DNA of 64,000 bases from Candidatus Bathyarchaeia archaeon (GTDB lineage Archaea; Thermoproteota; Bathyarchaeia; Bathyarchaeales; Bathycorpusculaceae): the NCBI GenBank assembly GCA_049515895.1, contig JBEKTQ010000019.1, positions 32,429 through 96,428 on the forward strand. Reading direction: 5' to 3'. The translations under genes and the position numbers were made by a program. Below the pieces are notes generated by a model. That model was not told the origin of the DNA. It saw only the letters and a list, made by a program, of their open reading frames with translations, and ran no database searches. Below, one piece after another: positions 1 through 10,600 of the stretch. Every line of letters starts with the position of its first letter. Position 1 is the stretch's first letter.

Positions 1-206
1 CGTCAAATGCACCCTCACCTCAGTGGTGCTCAAGTCTCACAAGCGGCTCAAACCTGGTTTGAGCAACATCCACATGCGATAAACGTGCGCTCGCCCGTTT
101 GACACCTCTCGCGTCGTCAGTTTCGGCGGCGGAGGCTGTTTTGGGTATGGCAAACCTTTTAACTTGTTCGATAGGATATTAGCGAAATCGTAGGTGTGAG
201 AATGGC

Positions 207-869
207 GTGGTGACTAAGTCGAAACTTGCTGTTCTTGCGTTGATTTGCGTATTTTTGTTTTCGTTATCTGTTGTTTCGGTTGGAGCGCTGGTTTCAACAT
301 ATACGACTGAAAAAACTACGAATGTGACTATCAGTTCTGCTGGGACTTTTGCCGCGACTGAACCCTCTGTGGGGGCTTCCTATAAGATTGTGGGAACGCC
401 TGGTGCAACCGGAACTGTGACTGCTACTGTTTACGAAGGTAATCCTCAGCCTACCGCTAACGTTCCAAGCGGAGTCTCATTGACTTATTTCATAGCAATT
501 TCGATTAATATTAATGCACATGATTTCATTCAGGCAACAATTACCCTAAACTACACCGATTCTACTGTCCAAAACATCAAGGCGCCCTACATGGTTTACA
601 AATTCAACTCTGCATCTAACAAGTACGTCGGGTTGACTTCCACTGCAAACACCCGCGAGAAGACAATAACAGTTACCTTAAACAGCCTCACTGACCCTTT
701 GCTCGCTATCGGCGGCGCCAAAACTGCAAGTGGTGGAGTTCCAGCATCTACGTGGATAATAACTGTGATTGCCGTAGTTATTATCGTGTCGGTAAATGTG
801 TTTGTCTTTTATCGCATGCGCCACGAGCCTGAGACTGAGACTGAACCTGCTGAGACATTAAAAAGATAG
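207..869 (+). CDS. Secreted, C-terminally membrane-anchored beta-sandwich protein (PGF-pre-PGF-like domain)
   Basis: 220-aa ORF with an N-terminal hydrophobic signal peptide, a Thr-rich beta domain and a C-terminal TM helix followed by basic residues. Confidence 0.8.
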   Translation: MVTKSKLAVLALICVFLFSLSVVSVGALVSTYTTEKTTNVTISSAGTFAATEPSVGASYKIVGTPGATGTVTATVYEGNPQPTANVPSGVSLTYFIAISININAHDFIQATITLNYTDSTVQNIKAPYMVYKFNSASNKYVGLTSTANTREKTITVTLNSLTDPLLAIGGAKTASGGVPASTWIITVIAVVIIVSVNVFVFYRMRHEPETETEPAETLKR

Positions 870-998
870 CCTAAAAGTTGAATGCTTAGGCGAGAAAAGG
901 TTTGTCTGCTCATTTGACGCGGTGGAAACGGCGGCAAATTTGTTGTTTGTGTTTTGGGTTGCTTTTTTGTTGATGAGCTTGAATCATCTGCAGGACGC

Positions 999-1093
999 GT
1001 CAACTAACGTCAACAAAAGTCAACTAACGTCAGCCAACGTCAACTAAAGTCGATAGGCGGCCATTACCGTCAGCCAACGTCAACTAAAGTCAA
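999..1093. repeat. 10-bp-period direct repeat array (consensus GTCAACTAAC)
   Basis: GTC at 999, 1009, 1019, 1029, 1039, 1049, 1069, 1079, 1089 (GGC at 1059). Confidence 0.9.
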
Positions 1094-1126
1094 AAGTTTG
1101 AATGATTAAAAAACGGGAGAAATAAA

Positions 1127-1224
1127 ATGCCCGCAACTGAAAAAATTACATTTAAAAGTGTGCTTCAAAAGGCAATAGAATCCAAGTTCCAAATCTAATT
1201 TGCTGGCAATTCAAAGTGGAAGGT
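1127..1224 (+). pseudogene. Frameshifted, truncated AbrB/MraZ-fold DNA-binding protein remnant
   Basis: GGGAG RBS, then MPATEKITFKSVLQK; after a 1-nt shift it continues GNRIQVPNLICWQFKVE, the G-x-R-I-x-V-P swapped-hairpin signature. Confidence 0.55.
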
Positions 1225-1261
1225 CTGTGTCTGTCGAAAAACAATTGTAAAGATTGGGCTG

Positions 1262-1483
1262 TCACCATACTATCTGGTTTATTTCCAGTTGTCTACGTAT
1301 GACTTGATGCGGTATGTCCCATCCGGTCAGATGAAAAATTAATTCTTTAAAGTCTGGTAAGTTCAATTTCGTTTTTTCTTTCTCTTTGATTGTGGTATAG
1401 ATTGTAGCTATTGGAAACGATTCCACGTTAGGCAAAGAGTTTCTTACCTTCTTTGCCAGACACGTTAATTCTTCGCTTTGCAT
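1262..1483 (-). CDS. Hypothetical protein (73 aa)
   Basis: ATG preceded by GGAGG; lies downstream of the duplicated promoter-like block. Confidence 0.55.
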   Translation of the reverse strand: MQSEELTCLAKKVRNSLPNVESFPIATIYTTIKEKEKTKLNLPDFKELIFHLTGWDIPHQVIRRQLEINQIVW

Positions 1484-1717
1484 TCTTTATTTATTCCTCC
1501 ATGTAGCTTGCTGTTTCTTGTTAAATGCCTTATCGCATGACTTATTATATAGCTTTTTGAAAAGCTTGATAACGTTGATTGTCAAGATCAGCGAAACCTT
1601 TGCAAAGTTAATTTAACAAAGCTTGTTAAGTCTAGTAAATTTGGTATTATGGATGGAGGGTTTCGGCGCGGGCTATCAAAAAGTAAAGTTTAACGTTGAC
1701 ATAGTTAGTGCTGAGAG

Positions 1718-1807
1718 TTATTTGGCTTTATACCAATGAAGAATCTTCTTTATCGTTTTTTCGTTATAACCGCATTCGCCTAGTTTTTCTTGAATTCGTT
1801 TCTTCAT
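1718..1807 (-). CDS. Microprotein, 29 aa (MKKRIQEKLGECGYNEKTIKKILHWYKAK)
   Basis: Paralog at 2031-2126 keeps the same frame, with 6 synonymous codon changes and no indels. Confidence 0.7.
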   Translation of the reverse strand: MKKRIQEKLGECGYNEKTIKKILHWYKAK

Positions 1808-2030
1808 AACTTTCGCCAACTAGCGATTGCCGTTTCTTAATGCTTTCTTTAATCGCATGACTTATTATATATTTTTTTGAAAAGCTTGATAACGTTGATT
1901 GTCAAGATCAACGAAACCTTTGCAAAGTTAATTTAACAAGCTTGTTAAGTCTAGTAAACTTGCAATTATGCATTGAGGGTTTCAGCGCGCGTTATCAAAA
2001 AGTAAACATTAGCGTTAACATAGACAGAAT

Positions 2031-2126
2031 CTAGAGTTGTTTGGCATTATACAAACGAAGAATTTTCTCGATTGTTTTTTCACTATAACCACATTCGCCC
2101 AACCTTTCTTGAATTCGCTTCTTCAT
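2031..2126 (-). CDS. Microprotein, 31 aa (MKKRIQERLGECGYSEKTIEKILRLYNAKQL)
   Basis: GAGGAG RBS upstream; paralog of 1718-1807. Confidence 0.72.
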   Translation of the reverse strand: MKKRIQERLGECGYSEKTIEKILRLYNAKQL

Positions 2127-2420
2127 CGCTTTCTCCTCTCTGAGTTACTCATATAAGTCGACTTATAACCTATATTACTAATTCCGATATACCCCCCTTC
2201 GCTATTCTCTTGTAACGTTATAATTTGGTAAGGGGCACTGATTTGCCCTCACCTCACCCCTTTCTCTCGTATTTATAAGCGGATGCACATGTGCGCATGC
2301 TTGGAAGAGTGAGCGTGAGCAAGTGAGCAAGGAGGCCACACAAGAAAGAAGAAGCGACGATTAGTTATTTTGACTTTAGATTGCCTTTCTATTTACTTAC
2401 ACAAATATTATAAGCTCAGC

Positions 2421-4727
2421 ATGGCAATAAAACACAGTCGGGGCGGAGGAAGGACGTCTTTCAAGAAGTGGCTAATCCTTCTATTAGCAACTATCCTGAT
2501 TCTCTCAGGGACAATATCTTTTCAATCCGTAACCCACGCCGCTAATAGCGCAGGCAACTACATAGTTGCCGAGGCCATAGGCAAAGTTTCTATGATTACT
2601 CCCAGTGGCCTTAGAACGGTGGTATACAGCTTCACAGATGGCACACAGCCCTTAGGTGTCGCCGTTGATGGTTCAGGCAACTACATAGTTACCGAATACC
2701 TCGCCGGGGCAGGTGCCGACAAACTTTCTATGATTACTCCTAACGGCGGTAGAACAGTAATATACAACTTTGCGCCAAGCACTTACCCTGTGGGCGTCGC
2801 CATTGATGATGCAGGAAACTACATAGTCGCCGAATACCAAACCGGCCAACTTTCTATGATTACTCCTGGCGGCGTTAGAACAGTAATATACACCTTTGCA
2901 GTAGGCACACACCCTACGTTTGTGGCTATTGATGCAGGGAACTACATAGTCGCCAGTACCCTTCCTACTCAAGGCCTCGACGAGCTTTCTATGATTACTC
3001 CCGGCGGCGTTAGAACAGTAATCTACACCTTTGCAGCCATGACCAACCCTGCGGGAGTGGCCGTTGACCCTGCAGGCAACTACATAGTCGCTGAGTACCA
3101 AACTCCCCAAGCACTCTCCAAGATTACTCCTGGCGGCGTTAGAACAGTAATCTACAGCTTTGGAAGCGGTAGCCCCGAAGGTGTTGCCATTGATAATTCA
3201 GGCAACTACATAGTCACAGAGGCCGCGTCCAACAAGCTTTCTATAATTACTCCCGGCGGCGTTAGAACAGTGATATACAGTTTCGCAGCCGGTACAAATC
3301 CGGTAGGTGTTGCCATTGAGCCCGTATACTCTGCTGTTATTCAGGCTTGGGATGTTGGGGGATGGATTGTTGAGCCTATCTCCATGGATGGTGTTCCTAC
3401 AGGGTATAGTACTCCTCACACCTTTAGCTTGAGCGCAACCCACACTTTCACAGTTCCAAACATTGACGTTAATGGTTACTCATTTAGTGGTTGGGATACA
3501 GGTGAAACGAGCTCAACTATAACGGTTAATTCGGGTGGAACGCATACGGCTCAATATGGTTTGTACTCTGTTACTATTCAGGCTTGGGACCCTGGAGGGT
3601 GGATAGTTGAACCTATCAACATGGATGGCGCTTCAACAGGTTTCAGTACACCTCATACCTTTAGCCTGAGTGGGTCTCACACGTTCACGGTTCCAAGTCA
3701 AGATGTTAGCGGTTACTTGTTCAGTAATTGGGATACAGGCGAAGCAAGCCCGACCCTAACAGTTAATTCGGGTGGAACGCATACGGCTCAATATGGCTTG
3801 TATTCTGCTACCATTCAGGCTTGGGACAATACTGGATGGTTAGTTGAACCTATTACTATGGATGGCACGCCAACTGGTTTCGGTACACCGCACACTTTTG
3901 CAGGCTTAGCCGGATCCCACACCTTCACGGTTCCAAGCCAAGACGTTAACGGTTACCTGTTCAGTGATTGGGATACGGGCGAAGCAAGCCCAACCCTGAC
4001 AGTTAATTCTTATGGCACACATACTGCCCAGTACGGTCCAACTCCTACTCCAACGCCAACTCTTACTCCCTCTCCAACACCAACTCTTACTCCTACTCCA
4101 ACGCCCACACCGAGTCCAACCCCTACTCCCACTCCGACCCCCTCTCCATCCCCAACTCCAACGCCTTCACCTTCTCCCACGTTCACTCCAACTCCGAGTC
4201 CAACTCCCACACCTACCTCGACGCCCACACCCACGCCAACCCCAACCCCAACGCCAAATCCAACTTCGACTCCAACACCCACTCCCACAGCTACTCCAAA
4301 ACCAACAGCAACCCCTACTCCAATCCCAACAGCAACACCAACACCTATTCCTACGGCAACGCCAACTCCCACACCTACTCCAACTCCCACACCTACTCCA
4401 ACTCCCACACCTACTCCAACTCCAACTCCAACACCAGCGCCAACATCAACACAAACATCAACTACGTCGATTACACGTTCTCCGACACCCACTTCGACGC
4501 CTACTCCAACTTCGAAAGGTACGCCGACATCAGCGCCTAATCCAACATCAATGTCCACGACTTCAAACCCAACTACTTCACCTAAATTAACTGTAACACA
4601 ATCAAATTTACCTCAAGGGGCCATCTATGGAATAGTGGCTGCCGTGGTCACCGTAATAATCGTTCTATCTGTATTAATGCTGAGAAAGCGTAGGAAAGGA
4701 AAAGCTGATTCTGGTTCCATCAAGTAG
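2421..4727 (+). CDS. Surface protein: six-bladed NHL-like beta-propeller, three ~79-aa beta repeats, Pro/Thr stalk, C-terminal TM anchor
   Basis: Six repeats of GNYIV..E...[15 protein letters not shown]...P.GVA.D, three AWD..GW.VEPI repeats, a (PT)n linker and a TM helix plus RKRRK. Start set at ATG 2421. Confidence 0.9.
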   Translation: MAIKHSRGGGRTSFKKWLILLLATILILSGTISFQSVTHAANSAGNYIVAEAIGKVSMITPSGLRTVVYSFTDGTQPLGVAVDGSGNYIVTEYLAGAGADKLSMITPNGGRTVIYNFAPSTYPVGVAIDDAGNYIVAEYQTGQLSMITPGGVRTVIYTFAVGTHPTFVAIDAGNYIVASTLPTQGLDELSMITPGGVRTVIYTFAAMTNPAGVAVDPAGNYIVAEYQTPQALSKITPGGVRTVIYSFGSGSPEGVAIDNSGNYIVTEAASNKLSIITPGGVRTVIYSFAAGTNPVGVAIEPVYSAVIQAWDVGGWIVEPISMDGVPTGYSTPHTFSLSATHTFTVPNIDVNGYSFSGWDTGETSSTITVNSGGTHTAQYGLYSVTIQAWDPGGWIVEPINMDGASTGFSTPHTFSLSGSHTFTVPSQDVSGYLFSNWDTGEASPTLTVNSGGTHTAQYGLYSATIQAWDNTGWLVEPITMDGTPTGFGTPHTFAGLAGSHTFTVPSQDVNGYLFSDWDTGEASPTLTVNSYGTHTAQYGPTPTPTPTLTPSPTPTLTPTPTPTPSPTPTPTPTPSPSPTPTPSPSPTFTPTPSPTPTPTSTPTPTPTPTPTPNPTSTPTPTPTATPKPTATPTPIPTATPTPIPTATPTPTPTPTPTPTPTPTPTPTPTPTPAPTSTQTSTTSITRSPTPTSTPTPTSKGTPTSAPNPTSMSTTSNPTTSPKLTVTQSNLPQGAIYGIVAAVVTVIIVLSVLMLRKRRKGKADSGSIK

Positions 4728-4991
4728 GTATACAACACAAATAATGCTGATCCGGAATTTGGTTAGAAATCGGGATTTGTGGCGTTTGGGTTTGGGATAA
4801 TAATTTGGTTCTGATTTCTTTTTTTTATTTTTGTTTTGTTGTTGCGTTATATACGTAACATACGCGTGAAGTTCAGTAATTATTTTAGATAAGCAATTCT
4901 TATATTATTGTAGGAAGTATTACGATATTAGAGGGAAAGCGCTATACGCCCTGTAAGTAACAGGTAAGACCATAACAGGAGAAAAGAACGG

Positions 4992-5237
4992 TTGAGCAAA
5001 AATAGAGAATTAATCAGAAAATGGGGTTCGCGCTACATAAAATATAATGTAATAGGCATAGCTGTTTTTCTATTAAACATCGTTATTTACGTAATTATCT
5101 TCCCTTTTTTAGGAGAATGGTCCTACGTTGTGGTTAGCATGAACGGTGGAATTATGGAGTTTACATTAATCGCCTACATTAACAAGACTAAAAAAGGCGT
5201 AATATTTGATAGTTGCACCCCAATTAATGGCACATAA
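4992..5237 (+). CDS. Small membrane protein, GtrA-like
   Basis: YIKYNVIG...LLN motif with two hydrophobic segments; AGGAG RBS. Confidence 0.6.
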   Translation: MSKNRELIRKWGSRYIKYNVIGIAVFLLNIVIYVIIFPFLGEWSYVVVSMNGGIMEFTLIAYINKTKKGVIFDSCTPINGT

Positions 5238-5366
5238 ATAGAAGCATATGTGCTCAGTCTCACCGACTGGCCGTCACGCGAACAAAACACCTGAGTAGAC
5301 TTAGACATGCCACCATGGGAAAAAGCCATGGCTGACTTTGCTAGAATAAGCGCATTGACCTTCTTT

Positions 5367-5738
5367 TTACTTAGTCACTGTTAAAGCTGTAGCCGCCCAG
5401 ATAGTTTCATCTTTGTTGCATGCAACTAAGGGCAATGTTCCCACTGTTTGAGGCGCATTTGCTGATACTACAAGCTTACCGTTTGCGTCAGTAGTTCCTG
5501 CGGCAAAACATACAGATACGTTTTGATTTACAGTCCAGCCGTAGATACCTGTATTAGCTGGAAAACCAGTAAGAGTGGCAGTATATTGCCCGCCTGACTT
5601 GACCGAATTTGAACTTAACGAAATAGACGGTTTCGACGCAGCCGATTGAAATGGTACAACTATTGATATCGAGTATCCTACAGCTAACCCAATAACTAGA
5701 GCCAAAAGTGTGAAGCCGATTACTCCATTTCTATTCAA
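5367..5738 (-). CDS. Membrane-tethered/secreted small Ig-like protein
   Basis: GGAGGTG RBS, N-terminal TM helix, beta-rich domain. Confidence 0.75.
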   Translation of the reverse strand: MNRNGVIGFTLLALVIGLAVGYSISIVVPFQSAASKPSISLSSNSVKSGGQYTATLTGFPANTGIYGWTVNQNVSVCFAAGTTDANGKLVVSANAPQTVGTLPLVACNKDETIWAATALTVTK

Positions 5739-5885
5739 GAAGGTTCACCTCCTCCTCCAAAAATCAGAACAGCACCAAAAAGGGATTTCTTTTTCACAGG
5801 CCAGTCCCAACTAATCTTGATGTTGTTCGCTGTATTTAAAATCTATTATTATTAGATTTTGCTAGAAAGTAGCCCGAGAGTGTGT

Positions 5886-6110
5886 CTAAAAAAATATCAC
5901 GCTTACTGCTTGAAGGATGCTTGCAACTACGAGAAGGAGAAAAATTGGTAACTGCTCGCGCCTTTCCACTTTGAAATCAGCTTCTATCGAGAAGCCTTTT
6001 ATTTTTTTCTCATAATATTTTCTCCAATTAAAGAAAGGAGATGCTGCTAAAGTACCTGCGATTATGTCAAGAATTATTCCCGAAATTGCTAATAATTTAG
6101 CTATTTCCAT
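5886..6110 (-). CDS. Small two-TM membrane protein
   Basis: 74-aa ORF with two hydrophobic helices. Confidence 0.6.
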   Translation of the reverse strand: MEIAKLLAISGIILDIIAGTLAASPFFNWRKYYEKKIKGFSIEADFKVERREQLPIFLLLVVASILQAVSVIFF

Positions 6111-6464
6111 TTTTTCTCAATCCATCTCTCTGTGGTTCGCGTTCATGATGGACTTTTTTCCGGCTGACATTTCCGTCTTTTTCCCCAACATTGTGACGCG
6201 CCTCTCAAACATGATTTATTAAAACTTCTCAATCTCTGCTTTATTTGTTTCCATTCTAACTGTGTTTCTTCTCCATGCAGATTTAAGACTTCTTGTATCT
6301 TCAGCCTTTTCTTCTTGCTCGCAGTTTGGACACAAGAACGAATCATCAATAGCGCTGTCATGGGTTCAAATCCATACTTAATTGAGCCAATCATCTCTTT
6401 CAAACATTTGTCAGAGATAAGTATTAATTTGGTCGGTCTTTTCTTTCGTTCAAGGTTTTTAAAC

Positions 6465-6877
6465 TTGGATATTAGGCTTCAAGTCTTTGAGTATTATGGG
6501 AATAATGATAATAGTTTCCAGAGGAGCTTTCGCTTGTTGTCGTTGACTTCGGTAGAGCTAAGAGTTATCCCCAAAATTTTGTCTGCGTCTTACCTACACA
6601 ATTGGGAAAAGGAAAAGTAGATAGTGCTTTCCTTCGTGTTTTCAAAGACAAAAGCTTGGAACAAGCGAAGGCTTTGCTGAAGGATGCTTTGAAGGGAGAG
6701 GATGATTCTGAGATAAAGGCTGAGATCGAGAGAAGGCTTTTGCTACTTGAGCCTAAAGTGGCAAATCAAATAAAGTGCAGTGGTTGCGGAAAACTCTTTC
6801 AGGCCAAACGGATAAGAAAGTTCAAGAACAATTTTTGTGAAGAATGCATGAAGAAAAAATTTGGGACTCAAGTTTAG
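6465..6877 (+). pseudogene. Probable frameshifted gene for a C-terminal zinc-finger protein (CxxC...CxxC)
   Basis: The upstream frame LDIRLQVFEYYG...LHNWEKEK* joins VDSAFLRVFK...CSGC...CEEC by one base at ~6615. Confidence 0.5.
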
Positions 6878-6891
6878 CAAAGCAATGATCA

Positions 6892-7014
6892 TTAAGCTTT
6901 TTTGGGTTTTATAGCTAGCTTTAAAGTAACGTCGATGTCATATTCCTTTTCTATTTTTTTAACTGAAACGTGCCATTCCTTGACCTCAACGTCCATGTCC
7001 TTGAAATGCGCCAT
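6892..7014 (-). CDS. Small beta-rich protein or C-terminal gene remnant (MAHFKDMDVEVKEWHVSVKKIEKEYDIDVTLKLAIKPKKA)
   Basis: 40-codon ORF with alternating hydrophobic strand pattern, below the ORF track cutoff. Confidence 0.45.
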   Translation of the reverse strand: MAHFKDMDVEVKEWHVSVKKIEKEYDIDVTLKLAIKPKKA

Positions 7015-7214
7015 AACTGATTCTTTTAAGAACTAAATCTGCGATTATTTTTTCAAAGCATATGTGAGTGGGGCGAGACGGCAACAATCATTGTAACTTC
7101 AGTAGGCTCACGTAACTTTCATACTGGATCCCAAGATAGGTATAATGCCGATTTTGCTTGCGAGATTTTGAATAAAATTCAAAAGCAAATTGGAGTCTGT
7201 CGAGAGTTATTCGT

Positions 7215-7454
7215 TCACTCGATAGACAATTCTTCCAAGAGAGAAAAGCCAGTCAAGTGTATATGACTCTTACAGGTGTTGCAGCAAATCACCACTTCTT
7301 TCAAACCGTGACTGTTAACTTTGGGCTCTACAATGCTGTATGTCTTTTCTGTGGTCTCGTCTGGTGATATGATGCTTCCGCATCTTGGACATGGAAAGTC
7401 TCCGTCTCCGTCCATTTTAGTTAAATCCAGCTTGTACGCTTGTGTTTGTGCCAT
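7215..7454 (-). CDS. Small zinc-ribbon-like protein (CPRC...CNTC)
   Basis: Two CxxC pairs; start set at MAQTQAY. Confidence 0.75.
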   Translation of the reverse strand: MAQTQAYKLDLTKMDGDGDFPCPRCGSIISPDETTEKTYSIVEPKVNSHGLKEVVICCNTCKSHIHLTGFSLLEELSIE

Positions 7455-7587
7455 TTCTCTTACCTTGTTTATAATTCCATGTTGCAATTTATAAAATTAA
7501 GTTGTAACATGATGAAACAACATTCACGTGCTGGACTTAACCAGAGCCTTTTCAGCCTCAATTTTTCTCCATCACATAATTAGAACT

Positions 7588-7606
7588 AAAAAAAAGGAAG
7601 GGAAAG
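7588..7606 (-). terminator. Pyrimidine/U-tract terminator of PQQ-like gene A
   Basis: CTTTCCCTTCC-T8 on the minus strand; the same motif follows all four paralogs (17064, 20355, 28449). Confidence 0.7.
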
Positions 7607-7622
7607 TTTTGTTGTTCCTTAT

Positions 7623-10600
7623 TTATGGTCGTTTTCTGTTGAGCATCAGCATTATTACGGCGCCGATGATGATTATCACTATGATAATCGCTATGATTCC
7701 GTACATGACCGTGGTGTTTGATGCTAAACCAGTGAGTGGCGTTGCTGCTGGTGCAGGTGTTGCTGCTGGTGAGCTGGCGTAGAAGGCTGTTGCGGAGGTT
7801 GATGGCCAGTAAGCGTTGGTCCCTGCGAAAGCGGCGTATACAGTGTAGTTGCCTGGTATGTCAGGTTTCCACGATAGCGCATACATCCCGTTTGCGTTGG
7901 TTGTGGCTGTGCCGATTTGCCTGTAGTTGTTGTTTGAGTCTAAGACGAAGATGTTAACTGGGACGCCGATGAAGTTGGTCGGTGCAGGTTGTTGCTGGTA
8001 AACGTAGCCCATCCATGCCGTCATGCTAGCGTCTGATGCGCATGGGACACCGTTTGGAAAGTCAGAGGCTTGTTGGCTTTGCGTTGTACCTGTGGCAATG
8101 TCCGTTACTGTGCCTGTTATCGTTACCGGTGTGGCGGTTGTTACTCCAACATTAGGTGCTGTAACTGTGGTTTTGCTGGGTCCTCTGCCTACGCTGTAGA
8201 TTTGGTTATTGTAGCCGTTCATGAACGTTGCGTAACCATCTGCGACGACGTACTCGGAACCTGGTACACTCCATATGCTTGGGTAGTCAGAGAGTTGCCA
8301 TATTAGTTTCCCAGTGGTGGCGTTGATAGCTGTGGTTACTGCACCTTTGTAAATTGGGTTTGGTACCGTGTGTTCGTTGGTTGCTAGGTATATAACTCCA
8401 TTTGCGACGGCCTGTATCATTGTTGGGTAATCACCATAAAAGATGTTCAAGCCACCGTAAGTGCTGTTGTCTGAGCCCGGCGGACCGTTTCCATATGTCC
8501 ACAGCAGATTTCCTGTTGTGAGGCTATAGGCGTAGCAGATTCCACCAAATGAGCTGTCATAGAGATTGCCGTATGCAGTAGTGCCTGGTAAATTGACGGT
8601 TCCTGGGTAACCGTAGTAGTCCCAAGAGCCTTGTGATGGTGTTGGACCCCATAGTTGATTGCCGGTTGCAAGACTGTATCCGACGAATTGCATTGTTTCC
8701 AGATAACTGAAAGTGAATACTCCTGTTTGGAAGTCGACCGGTTCCTGTACCAAGCTTTCGTTACCCGGAGGGGGATTGTATGTTTTGGTCCAGAGGACAG
8801 AGCCGATGGCGCCTTTAGATGCGTTTAGGTTTACAGCGAAGTATACGAATGGAAGCTGTGGGTAGCCTTTGTTGGTTGCGGCAAAGCCTTGAGGTAGCGA
8901 GCCCTCTCTGCAAAGCATCATGTTGCCATACTGGACTGCCACAATCGCCACAGGATTTGCTCCTGCAGGTGGTGTCACTAATGCTCCTGTAACAGGGTTC
9001 ACTCCATTAGGTGGTGGTGGCATGGTGTTTAGCCATGGGATCGAAACGTTCCAGTCGTAAGTGGTTAACGAATCTTGGTTAATGGTATAGATGGGCGTTG
9101 TTGTTCCTGGCAAGTTAAGGGTGTCATGGATAGGAATGTTTGCGTTAACCGTGATAGCTGAACCCGCTGGCACTGTAGCTATGAGACCGTTTGGAGCTGT
9201 AGCGGTTGAAATACCCGTGTCTGGTGGGGGTAGGCTTCCGCTGCCAGCTGAACCGACGACGGCGCCTCCGATGAGGACTCCGTTTGATGCATTAACAACT
9301 GCTGGTGATAGACTTCCGCCGCCTGTGTATGGGTTAATGTCGTATTGCCATAGTCTAGACATGTTCCATTCAGATAGGTACCATTGTGGATTTGCTGCGC
9401 TGCCGTCATTTGCTATGACAAATCTTAGTGGTTCACCGCTTGGACCCATAATGTTTGGGCTTACAACGGTGTTTGCGAAAATTACTGTTGATGTGCTGAC
9501 TGGTATCACGAATGATGTGCTTGATGGAATGCTGGTCACGTTGAAAAGTGAGACGCCCGTATATGCATCGTAGAGTTGCCAGTTACCGTTTACTGGGTTG
9601 GTTGCGACTAGGATTGGTGGGAAAACTCCGTGTTGATCTGGATCCCACAGGTTGTAGAGATAAACGAATGACAGCGGAGGTACTGCGGTTGATGACCAGA
9701 GTTGTTTCCCTGTCATCAAGTTGACGCAGATTGTCGGTCCACTTGCTCCACCTGAGAAAGATACTGGTGCGGTGTAGAAGAGGTATCCGTCGACTATTAT
9801 GGGGTTGGTGTATCTTGGCTGGTAAGAAGAGCCCTCCCAGTATTGGACTCCTTCGGGACTGTTAGGATCTGAACCGCCAGTGGTGAATGAGTTTCCTCCG
9901 ACTACTCCTCCGAAATCAAGTTGGCTTGTCCACATGATATGGGAAGTTGTAGGCCCTACTGCGTCTGAATGGTATAGTGTGGCAAAAGTTGTTCCGCCGT
10001 AGCCTTGTGGTGGTGCTAGGCTAGCGCCAAGCCAGTTTGATGTAATCGTGTACCAATTTGTGTTTTCACCGTATACTGGGCTTTCCCAGTAAGCGGTTGG
10101 AAGTGGTGAACTGCCGACGGGCGCTGGGATAGGTGATTGCTGAACGGTTAGGGTTGTTCTTGCTGAGCTTGGTAGGTAAGTGTCGCCTATCAATACTGAG
10201 CCGGAGTAGCCGTTGCCATTTGCTCCGTAAACTTGTCCTGGGTATGTGAATATCAGGGTGTATGTTCCGGTTGCTGTTGGAGTAAATGCTGTTTCCTGGT
10301 TTGATGTTGTGTCATGAACAACTGGGTATATCGTTGTTGTTGCTGCGCCACTGGGTGGTACAATGGTTAGGTTGTAGTTCATGAATCTGTAGGTGTTAGA
10401 AAGAAGTGCTGCGCTCGCTGTTGCTCCGTTGGTTCCTACGGCTGCTGTGGTTCCGCCTGCGGCACCGTAAACTTCGTCAAGCCACATGTAAACTTGTATT
10501 GTTTGGCCGACGCCTATAGGGTTAGGCGACGCAACAATGTAAGCGTACGTTGGAATATTCCAAGCCGGCGAATGCGCATATGCGGACGGCATCAATATCA

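Larger units (their letters stand above)
1532..2136. repeat. Tandem duplication, 320-bp period (1532-1817 and 1852-2136)
   Basis: Both copies begin ATCGCATGACTTATTATAT and align along their whole length; the first ~100 bp are nearly identical. Confidence 0.9.

Noticed and set aside
46-64. Inverted repeat GCTCAAACC-T-GGTTTGAGC
   Set aside because: Single palindrome at the window edge with no context
4010-4590. GV-rich and Q/L/P-rich ORFs (also at 27744, 32828, 56823)
   Set aside because: Antisense or alternative frames of Pro/Thr linkers
6350-6376. ATGGGTTCAAATCCAT as a tRNA T-arm scar
   Set aside because: No acceptor strand follows; too short to call
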